From: a virus | Taxonomy: Duplodnaviria > Caudoviricetes | Strand: one strand, 5' to 3' | IMG/VR virus record: IMGVR_UViG_3300036766_000094 | Location: 1 to 53,162 of that record | Length of the DNA stretch: 53,162 nucleotides | Part shown: positions 16,480 to 23,281 of the stretch, one piece after another | Layout of the letters: each line of letters opens with the position of its first letter | Numbering within the stretch: position 1 is the first letter of the stretch | The notes under the pieces: generated by a model | What the model was told of the DNA's origin: nothing | Database searches by the model: none | Seen by the model: only the letters and a program-made list of their open reading frames with translations | Position numbers and translations under genes: made by a program

Positions 16480-16577
16480 AAGGCAGCTTGACAGGTTATG
16501 ATAACTCTTTTTCCCTGTTAACTCTATTAGATGTTATCATTTTACGCCAGGTGCGAGGATACAACCTGCCAAGCCTT
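16480..16577 (-). ncRNA. structured RNA unit 4
   Basis: GCTTGGCAGGTTGT/ATAACCTGTCAAGC (14 bp, two G-U pairs on the minus strand); inner ATGATAAC/GTTATCAT. Confidence 0.7.
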
Positions 16578-16583
16578 TTTACT

Positions 16584-16713
16584 TTGGAGAGTGTGAGTTT
16601 TTGTTGACCGTTTTGACTCACTAGGCGAGTCGTGGCAGGAATTCACCAACGGGATACGCGCCGCCGCTATAGCTCAAGTCATTATTATAAGACGCGGCTT
16701 TTTGACTCTCCAA
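16584..16713 (-). ncRNA. structured RNA unit 3 (multibranch)
   Basis: TTGGAGAGT/ACTCTCCAA; inner GCCGC/GCGGC, CCGTT/AACGG, GACTCGC/GTGAGTC. Confidence 0.68.
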
Positions 16714-16725
16714 TTTTCAAAGAAC
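16714..16725 (-). promoter_or_regulatory. boxA-like antitermination site
   Basis: GTTCTTTGAAAA resembles rrn boxA and directly follows a hairpin (16730-16770). Confidence 0.6.
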
Positions 16726-16729
16726 AATT

Positions 16730-16770
16730 GTGGGGATGTTACTGACACCGTTTTATTGGTACATCCCCAC
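16730..16770 (-). ncRNA. hairpin unit 2 (boxB-like position)
   Basis: GTGGGGATGT/ACATCCCCAC. Confidence 0.65.
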
Positions 16771-16777
16771 GGGCAAC

Positions 16778-16864
16778 AAACTTGTGTGGAACACTACATG
16801 GAATCCTTACAACTTTGTTGTGTTATCTCCAGTAGTCGCGTTTTAGACTCGCCCACACAAGTTT
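16778..16864 (-). ncRNA. structured RNA unit 1
   Basis: AAACTTGTGTGG/CCACACAAGTTT; inner ACTAC-TGGA/TCCA-T-GTAGT and ACAAC/GTTGT. Confidence 0.7.
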
Positions 16865-16934
16865 TGTTTCTACTGTTTTAGATTCCTCAAGTTTCCTCAC
16901 TTTCAATTAGTTTGTTTTCCCTATTGTGCCTCTC

Positions 16935-16963
16935 AATCTAACATGACCAGCCCAAAAACGCAA
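16935..16963 (-). promoter_or_regulatory. sigma70-type promoter for the RNA array
   Basis: TTGCGT-17 nt-TAGATT with extended TG; same TGyTAGATTGA core as the promoters at 21167 and 22536. Confidence 0.75.
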
Positions 16964-16972
16964 GGGCCAATC

Positions 16973-17075
16973 CTAGAGCCTCTAGGGCGGTCTAGGCTCC
17001 AATCTTCATACTTGAATCTACCTAGCGGCCCTTGCCAATCCGTCGTGCGCCCTAGAGGCTCCTAGAGCGTTCTAG
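16973..17075. repeat. seven helically phased CTAG tetramers in a symmetric array
   Basis: CTAG at 16973, 16982, 16992, 17022, 17052, 17062, 17072. Confidence 0.8.
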
Positions 17076-17089
17076 ACCCCTTGCGGGAG

Positions 17090-17106
17090 CGTGTCAAAAT
17101 GACACG
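17090..17106. promoter_or_regulatory. palindromic operator-like site
   Basis: CGTGTCA-AAA-TGACACG; near copy at 21217-21232. Confidence 0.6.
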
Positions 17107-17110
17107 GAAT

Positions 17111-17437
17111 TCACGGTATTACTTTGGCTGCTTCCTTATCTTGCCACCTTAAATAACGCTTGAAAATACGTTTGGCTCGATTGGTTAATTGATAGCCATA
17201 TTCATCTTGCATTAGTTCTCGTAATTCTTGACGCTTTCGGCTAATTGATTCATTAATAGACGACATACTCAAAATCTCTTTCATTCGCTTTCCATTCTTA
17301 CGCCAATCTCTTCCTTTGTTTTTTGCGTTGCGGAATATTTCCGCTGCACTATCTCCGGTTAGTTTGTGTTTAGCAATCGTTATGATTGCTGCTATTAGTC
17401 CGGCTTTGCGTAGTCTGGAACCGCCTTTTATGGACAT
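17111..17437 (-). CDS. basic hypothetical protein
   Basis: Arg/Lys-rich ORF; GGAG RBS. Confidence 0.6.
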   Translation of the reverse strand: MSIKGGSRLRKAGLIAAIITIAKHKLTGDSAAEIFRNAKNKGRDWRKNGKRMKEILSMSSINESISRKRQELRELMQDEYGYQLTNRAKRIFKRYLRWQDKEAAKVIP

Positions 17438-17671
17438 TTATAGTTGCTCCTGACAATGTGATAAATCTTTACGTAGTTGTATGTTGTAATTTCGTAGGCG
17501 GACATTCTCCATCATGGCCTCGTCGTAGAGGGCACAAACTTCGTTGAATGAATCTGTGACTTGTACGATGTTATGCCGAACGTTTGCATGTTCAGCCGCG
17601 CCGTAGGCGGCCAGCGCCTCGCGGAAGGGGTCAGACATTTTAACTCCTCCTGAAAAAGTTATTCTTCGCAT
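17438..17671 (-). CDS. hypothetical coiled-coil protein (start probably MSDPF after AGGAGGAG)
   Basis: Strong RBS; locally GC-rich. Confidence 0.6.
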   Translation of the reverse strand: MRRITFSGGVKMSDPFREALAAYGAAEHANVRHNIVQVTDSFNEVCALYDEAMMENVRLRNYNIQLRKDLSHCQEQL

Positions 17672-17859
17672 ACTTCATAATGTGAGTCACGAATAACAAC
17701 ATTAGCACCGTTTGATACTTTGGTCATCACATCTGCAAGAGCTTTAGCACACGCAAAGGTTGGTTGTGGGCCGCTACGTGATTCTTGTGGAACATAAGTA
17801 CAAACATAAAATGGTGGTTGCGGTGGCATAGTAAGTTTTTGATTAGTATAATGTATCAT
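17659..17859 (-). CDS. hypothetical protein
   Basis: AGGAGGT RBS. Confidence 0.6.
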   Translation of the reverse strand: MIHYTNQKLTMPPQPPFYVCTYVPQESRSGPQPTFACAKALADVMTKVSNGANVVIRDSHYEVCEE

Positions 17860-17861
17860 AA

Positions 17862-18152
17862 TTACCTCCTGAAAAAGTTGAATCCCAAAGCTTCTTGTTC
17901 TTTGGACCTATCTTTACTAGATGGACTTTGTATTTCTATCATCTTCCAAACTGGAAGGTATACACAATTACTGTTAGCTAACCACCAGTTATGGATAATT
18001 CTCAAACGCAAATTCAAATACGGTTCACTTTTGAAATGCAACATTGTTCTGTCATCACTCGTAAACTTCATTAGGAGACCGTTCATTTGGATGGCTCCTT
18101 GAACAGATGAAATATTACTGTCCAAAAAATCCAGCCGAAATGAAATGTCCAC
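17862..18152 (-). CDS. hypothetical protein (start uncertain)
   Basis: Co-oriented ORF. Confidence 0.45.
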   Translation of the reverse strand: MDISFRLDFLDSNISSVQGAIQMNGLLMKFTSDDRTMLHFKSEPYLNLRLRIIHNWWLANSNCVYLPVWKMIEIQSPSSKDRSKEQEALGFNFFRR

Positions 18153-18277
18153 TTTTTCTGTGTGTATCCTCCATATCTTAACGGAGGGAAGACTCTAAGA
18201 AATGGTAGAACATCGAAGGCACAACCTCTTGAGCCTTTCTTATCAAAGTTGTATACACTTTCCCAGAAGATTTTCAT
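18083..18277 (-). CDS. aromatic-rich hypothetical protein
   Basis: AAGGA RBS. Confidence 0.5.
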   Translation of the reverse strand: MKIFWESVYNFDKKGSRGCAFDVLPFLRVFPPLRYGGYTQKKWTFHFGWIFWTVIFHLFKEPSK

Positions 18278-18302
18278 TTGACAACTTCCTTTCGGTTTAG
18301 TG

Positions 18303-18512
18303 TCAAAATGCCTCTAAACTCTCTACGTCCATGACGCAATTTATAAACATTTTCGGTGCGTGTAGGTCTGTTCTATCTTTGAGTAAAAATACTTCTTTTT
18401 CGCGAACGTGGCCGAAGTGTTTCAGTACCGTTGCCGCTTCTTCAACGCTTGACGAATTGACTACTACTAAGTTCGTTCCATCTAGTTGATAATTCATTAT
18501 CTTTTCCTCCAA
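18303..18512 (-). CDS. hypothetical protein
   Basis: GGAGG RBS before MNYQL, coupled to the helicase stop. Confidence 0.55.
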   Translation of the reverse strand: MEEKIMNYQLDGTNLVVVNSSSVEEAATVLKHFGHVREKEVFLLKDRTDLHAPKMFINCVMDVESLEAF

Positions 18513-20623
18513 GCTTTCTTGCTCATTTCTTCTTTGAGCATTTTGATTATATCTAAAGCCATAGATGAATTACGAACACTATTCAAATCGTCAATGGTTC
18601 CACTTACTAATGCAAACTTCCTTGCTCTTAAATCCGCTATCCAATCTTCAATTGTGTTGGCGGCATTTAGATAGTAGCTATCTAGTCCGTGCTCATTAGA
18701 TAATCTTCCATACGCGCGCCCTTCGCATTGTTCGTGATAAGCTGGCGCCCACAAAGGGTCAACAAATATAACCGCCATTGCTTTGTCTAAGTCTAATCCT
18801 TCACGAACGGCCATAGAACTACAAACTGCAAAATGAATAGACTTAGAAGTTTGGAACTCTTCAACTAATTTCATACGTTCAGAGAATTCAACTTCACCAG
18901 TTATAGTAATAGCTTCTCCACCCAAACGCTTTGCAATTGCGTGGCAAGTACCTACGAATTGAGAATAGATTAGGATTTTATTCTCTGTTTCGTCGTAATA
19001 ATTCAATGCTGTTTCAACCGCGTGTTCGATTTTATCATCGGAGCAGATTTGTTTTAAACGGGTAATTTGAGCGAGTATTGATGTAATAGACATTTCATTC
19101 ATCAAAGCGCCAGATAGTTTATCTATTTCTTCATAAACTCCAGCTAATGCTTTTTCATATCTCATGCGCGCATTGTCGCTTAATTCGTGAGACTCGTCTA
19201 TTCTATTGATTGGTGGCAAATCTTTCTGGACTTCGGATTTCAATTTTCTTAGCATAAATGGTTTAAGCATTTCCTTAAATGCTGTAGGATTCCGGCAAGT
19301 TCCTGTGTTGTATTCCCATTGATACACGAAACCGTCGTAATTATTAAACATTTCTGGGTTAATGAAACGTAAAGCTGTGAAAGCTTCACGGGGTCTATTA
19401 ATTATTGGTGTTCCGCTTAGTAAAGAACACTTACCTATGTTGCTCATTTGAATTGCGGCTTGTGCTCTAGCTGTAGTTGGGTTTTTCATGTAGTGATATT
19501 CATCGAAAATGATTCTGTCGAAACCAGCTAGATTCAAAACCAGAACCCAAGGCCAAATTGTTTGTTCGGTTACTTTCTTTGTTCCATTATCTGATGATTC
19601 TATGTTACGTTTAATCTTAGCAGCTAGCGAGTCATAACTAATAATGACCCACTTGTAATCTTTCTTTTTCAATATCATGTTAGTTAAATATTCTGTTACA
19701 CGTTCTCCATCTATGATTAAGCTATGTTCATTTGTGAATTTGTAAATCTGGCGAGCCCAATTGATTCTTAGAGAAGCTGGACAAACTACTAGATTGTAGG
19801 ATTGCTCCAAATAAGCAATACTAATTGCCATTGGAGTTTTTCCAAGTCCTGGCTGATGACCTAAAATTCCCCTCTTAGTAACTTGGAGAAACTTACCACC
19901 AACCTTTTGAAACGGTCTTAATGTCATACCATTTGGAAACTTCGGGTCAAACTCTGGACAATCATCTAACTGAGCTATTGTGTCAGCTAGTGCGCGTGTT
20001 TCTAATTCGGAAGTTATTAGCTTATTGGCTTCTTCTGTCCATTGTACCCAAGTTATTGGAAACTTGTGTTCTTCAGCGTGAGAACGTAATGTAGTGAAAA
20101 GAATATAGCCTTGGCTCAACTGGACATTATACTTAGATTCGCCAGTTGAAGCTATATTACCTAGGTGTTTGTAACCATCGACCCTTCTAATTATTCCGCT
20201 ATCGGCTTCTGGACTTATTAAGATTTCCAAATTCTTTTTGGAAGTAGAAACGTCAATTGTGTAGTGTGGACCGTTCAGTATACGATAAAACTTCTTCTTC
20301 AATACATCATCTTTGAAACGGATTTGACTGCTATCAAAATGTTCCATAAATGTCGGCCACATTAAGACATTTACAGCCACATATTCGGGATAGCTGTAAA
20401 TACCTTTCTTATATAGCTCATTATGTAATTCGGAAGATATTGGACGTGAAGGTTTCATATAAAAAACCATTCCACTTATTTGGTACATTCCCAAAAAGAA
20501 TGGTTTCCTAGATTCATCTTCTAGAATAGCTGAATCCCAATCAGCTAAATATTGAGTCTTAATGGCTCTCAATTCAGCTAAACGCTTTTCTAGTTGTTCG
20601 ATTTCTTCGTTTGGATTAGTCAT
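18497..20623 (-). CDS. SNF2-family (SF2) helicase/annealase
   Basis: LRPFQ, QPGLGKT, VVCPASL..NW, DEYH, LSGTP..N, EGLDL, Q.EGRAY.R. Confidence 0.93.
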   Translation of the reverse strand: MTNPNEEIEQLEKRLAELRAIKTQYLADWDSAILEDESRKPFFLGMYQISGMVFYMKPSRPISSELHNELYKKGIYSYPEYVAVNVLMWPTFMEHFDSSQIRFKDDVLKKKFYRILNGPHYTIDVSTSKKNLEILISPEADSGIIRRVDGYKHLGNIASTGESKYNVQLSQGYILFTTLRSHAEEHKFPITWVQWTEEANKLITSELETRALADTIAQLDDCPEFDPKFPNGMTLRPFQKVGGKFLQVTKRGILGHQPGLGKTPMAISIAYLEQSYNLVVCPASLRINWARQIYKFTNEHSLIIDGERVTEYLTNMILKKKDYKWVIISYDSLAAKIKRNIESSDNGTKKVTEQTIWPWVLVLNLAGFDRIIFDEYHYMKNPTTARAQAAIQMSNIGKCSLLSGTPIINRPREAFTALRFINPEMFNNYDGFVYQWEYNTGTCRNPTAFKEMLKPFMLRKLKSEVQKDLPPINRIDESHELSDNARMRYEKALAGVYEEIDKLSGALMNEMSITSILAQITRLKQICSDDKIEHAVETALNYYDETENKILIYSQFVGTCHAIAKRLGGEAITITGEVEFSERMKLVEEFQTSKSIHFAVCSSMAVREGLDLDKAMAVIFVDPLWAPAYHEQCEGRAYGRLSNEHGLDSYYLNAANTIEDWIADLRARKFALVSGTIDDLNSVRNSSMALDIIKMLKEEMSKKAWRKR

Positions 20624-21084
20624 TTTCCTTTTTCCTGAACCAAAAAACCAACAATGTTAGCCGTCTCTTCGTGAATTGCTTGTTTCATTGCTAGTATGTC
20701 GGGGCGATTGCTAGTACGGGATAGTATTAAGCCCGTCCTATGTTTGGCTCTAACAACGTATTCATATGTAAAATCGGATTCAGCTATTGCGACTACGGGA
20801 GTTGTAACGCGGATTGTTTGGGATTGTTTCAACATACCTAAAGCTTGTTTCAACGTGTGGAAAATAGACTGTGCGTCCATTCTTTCCATTGTGCTTATGA
20901 ATTCTTTTCCAAGAATTATTAGAAACTTTTCAACGTTTTCTTGAGTGTATCTATTAACATGGACGCCGGTAAACTCTCCATTTATTACTACACTTACATT
21001 GTCTGCATTGACGTGATACTCTGGAGCCAGGCGCTCTATTAGGACTGTTAGAGCCAAGTTAGACTGTTCGCGTATTGTGGACAT
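20620..21084 (-). CDS. hypothetical early protein
   Basis: First ORF after the 21167-21195 promoter; ATGA overlap with the helicase. Confidence 0.7.
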   Translation of the reverse strand: MSTIREQSNLALTVLIERLAPEYHVNADNVSVVINGEFTGVHVNRYTQENVEKFLIILGKEFISTMERMDAQSIFHTLKQALGMLKQSQTIRVTTPVVAIAESDFTYEYVVRAKHRTGLILSRTSNRPDILAMKQAIHEETANIVGFLVQEKGK

Positions 21085-21166
21085 TTTTACATTTCCCCGG
21101 AGAAATTGTTATGTTCAAACAATCTTCGCAAACGGTCTTTAGAAATAAGCACAATACAAGCTATTC

Positions 21167-21195
21167 AATCTAACATAGTCCCGAACCAGTGTCAA
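21167..21195 (-). promoter_or_regulatory. sigma70-type early promoter
   Basis: TTGACA-17 nt-TAGATT with extended TG. Confidence 0.85.
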
Positions 21196-21216
21196 GTATG
21201 CGCCTTTGGCAGTAGT

Positions 21217-21232
21217 CGTGTCATAATGACAT
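21217..21232. promoter_or_regulatory. palindromic operator-like site upstream of promoter
   Basis: CGTGTCA-TAA-TGACAT, flanked by TTGGCAG/CTGCCAA. Confidence 0.6.
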
Positions 21233-21320
21233 CTGCCAATTCGGCATACATTTAGGTGTTAGTTATTCACATTAACTAGTTTCACAAACTATTATGTTGT
21301 GTTGTGTATTAATGACACAA

Positions 21321-21614
21321 TACCATGTGGTCCGCCCCAGCCTTCCACGCCGGGCCATCCGTGCCGGCAAGGATAGGGGGGGGCCACCGTGGCCCTCGGT
21401 ATTAGTATTGCGGACTAATAGTCCTATGATATAATATATTATCAAATGAGTTAGTTTCTTATTCTTTTCTTTTTTATTTTTTTTTTTAATATATAAGAAC
21501 AACAACCGCCCCAAATATTACTATTTATTTTCAATCTAGGGGGGTAGGGAGCCCCCCCCCATCCGCGCCGGCAAAGTATGCCCGGTAAGGATGGTAAGGG
21601 CGGACCATATGGTA
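21321..21614. repeat. long imperfect GC-rich inverted repeat around an AT-rich core; candidate replication origin or genome end
   Basis: TACCATGTGGTCCGCCC...GGGCGGACCATATGGTA, continuing via CCGGG/CCCGG, GCCGGC, GGAT/ATCC and G-run/C-run; poly-T core. Confidence 0.8.
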
Positions 21615-21632
21615 CGTGAAGATGCTGAAGCC

Positions 21633-21680
21633 AAAGATTAGATTAGAAAAAGATTAGATTAGAAAAAGATTAGATTAGAA
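21633..21680. repeat. three tandem 15-bp repeats AAAGATTAGATTAGA(A), iteron-like
   Basis: Direct reading. Confidence 0.85.
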
Positions 21681-21748
21681 ATTAACTGGATTGAAAAAGA
21701 AATAAAGTTCACATATAGTTGTGTTCGCTGTATTGATTTTGGAATTGT

Positions 21749-21768
21749 CAATTAGAATATTCTAATTG
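21749..21768. repeat. perfect 20-bp palindrome
   Basis: CAATTAGAATATTCTAATTG. Confidence 0.8.
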
Positions 21769-21881
21769 TTCCTATCTTTTTGTCCATTTCGATTTGTCAA
21801 AGAATTGTCAAAGAAAAAAAGGCTCATTTTATCCGTTGAGGATTGACCAAACTAACTAAGGGGCAAGGCAACTAGGTTTAG

Positions 21882-22418
21882 TTAAAACTTCGTTCCCATC
21901 GCATTGAGCGCCAAAACTGCTTCCACAATTGCGGCGTTCTTTGCGGCGCGGTCGGAATCGGAGAGTTCCGACTTGACTTCCGACATAAGGGAGTCAAGTG
22001 TTGCCGAAACTGCCGCTTTCTGTGCGCGAGTCGAAACTTCCGGACGGACTGTCTTATCCGCCGCTGAAGTTGCCGCCTCTTGTGCTTGGCTTGTCCAGTC
22101 CGCCAGCGTTCCGGCGTTAACCAATTCCGTTTCGGGAATCTTCAACTCCGAAACCGCCGCGCGAGCCGCCAAACCCTTCGCTTCGTTAACGGCCCCGGCA
22201 ATCACTTCGGGAACGGAAATGTCGAAGGAAGCGCAGTAGTCTAGCGCGTCCGCGTCGCTCTCGAATTGAATTCCCTCAACGATAAAGGGAATGTTACCGC
22301 GTGCATTGTTCGGAGATTCTTTGCCGGACTTCTTGTCTTTCGTGACTCCAGACGTTGCCGTCACGAATTCCGCAAAATGGTCAAGGGTTGCCTTGACTGC
22401 CAGCTTGATGCTACGCAT
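21882..22418 (-). CDS. GC-rich Ala-rich hypothetical protein, first gene of the early arm
   Basis: GAGGAG RBS and own promoter; no recognisable domain. Confidence 0.8.
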   Translation of the reverse strand: MRSIKLAVKATLDHFAEFVTATSGVTKDKKSGKESPNNARGNIPFIVEGIQFESDADALDYCASFDISVPEVIAGAVNEAKGLAARAAVSELKIPETELVNAGTLADWTSQAQEAATSAADKTVRPEVSTRAQKAAVSATLDSLMSEVKSELSDSDRAAKNAAIVEAVLALNAMGTKF

Positions 22419-22507
22419 AAGAAAAACTCCTCTAGGTGTATGATGATACGGCGCCGTATCGTACCTACCGTGTCACTTCGCTACACCTAGCGCCTTGCCC
22501 CTAGTCA

Positions 22508-22521
22508 GTTGTCAAAGAGCG
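22508..22521 (-). promoter_or_regulatory. boxA-like antitermination site
   Basis: CGCTCTTTGACAAC a few nt downstream of the predicted start site; two more TTCTTTGACAA copies at about 21794-21815. Confidence 0.65.
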
Positions 22522-22535
22522 TTCAAGCCTTCCTC

Positions 22536-22564
22536 AATCTAGCACCAGCCGCGCCGTTTGTCAA
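22536..22564 (-). promoter_or_regulatory. sigma70-type early promoter
   Basis: TTGACA-17 nt-TAGATT with extended TG. Confidence 0.85.
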
Positions 22565-23163
22565 GTGTGGCGCCGGCGCAACGTGCTAGCTCGCTACCTT
22601 TTGCTGAGCGAAAAGCCACCGCGAATGATCAACGTTTCACAGGCGCATTCCGTTACTGGCTTTCTGCACTGTGTACAGACTGGAATCCGCTTTGGGGCTG
22701 GCATCTTTGATACCTCCAGGTTGAAGTCTCAGGACAAAGGAAAACTATTGCAAGTTTAATGCCAAACTCTTCAAGGTGGCTTTTTGCGAAAGGAATTAAT
22801 AAGTATGGCGCGCACGCCTCAACTGTTGCACACGAACGCCACAGTATTTTGCAATGCAAACAATTGCGCGACTCCAGCTTGACTAGTTGAGAATGAAAAT
22901 CAAAATCAACTAGCGCACCGAATGACTGACCAGCGTACAACAATGACTAAGGTCTAATCATATACTCTAGTCAACTTAGACCGGGGGAGGGGTAAAATTC
23001 ATCTATGAAAAACCCCCTAACAGACCTCAACAATTTGTTTAATAAAAATTTTTTGTAGTAAAATTTATTTTTTTGTGTATATTCTTTTTTTCTTTATCTT
23101 AATTCTTCCTATTCCTCTTTTTCTTCTCGTTCCTCTCAATACCTTGAAGCCACCATTTGCCTC

Positions 23164-23192
23164 TTGTGCCGGCGTTCGTATTGTGTTATATT
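23164..23192 (+). promoter_or_regulatory. promoter for the virion arm
   Basis: TTGTGC-17 nt-TATATT followed by GAGAGG, as in the 16935 promoter. Confidence 0.65.
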
Positions 23193-23281
23193 GAGAGGTC
23201 ATCTTTAGAGGTCGCTAGGGACGACGGTCTGGACGGGATGGTACGTTCAGACCCATTCGTGTGTATTATATTGAGGAGAAT

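Noticed and set aside
16540-16577. HDV-like (theta) ribozyme, because TCCTCGC matches the HDV L3 loop near a tRNA
   Set aside because: I could not build P1, P1.1 and P3 pairings, and the unit lies 5' rather than 3' of the tRNA.
16142-16864. CRISPR or TIGR-type guide array
   Set aside because: No repeated unit sequence or constant spacing, and no recognisable Cas or Nop-domain gene; the Cas4-like gene sits in an ordinary recombination module.
16870-16925. CsrA-sponge-like GGA motifs in the RNA operon leader
   Set aside because: Only three GGA motifs, one matching ANGGA; too weak to call.
21272-21514. 80-aa ORF
   Set aside because: Translates poly-A and inverted-repeat sequence; no RBS.
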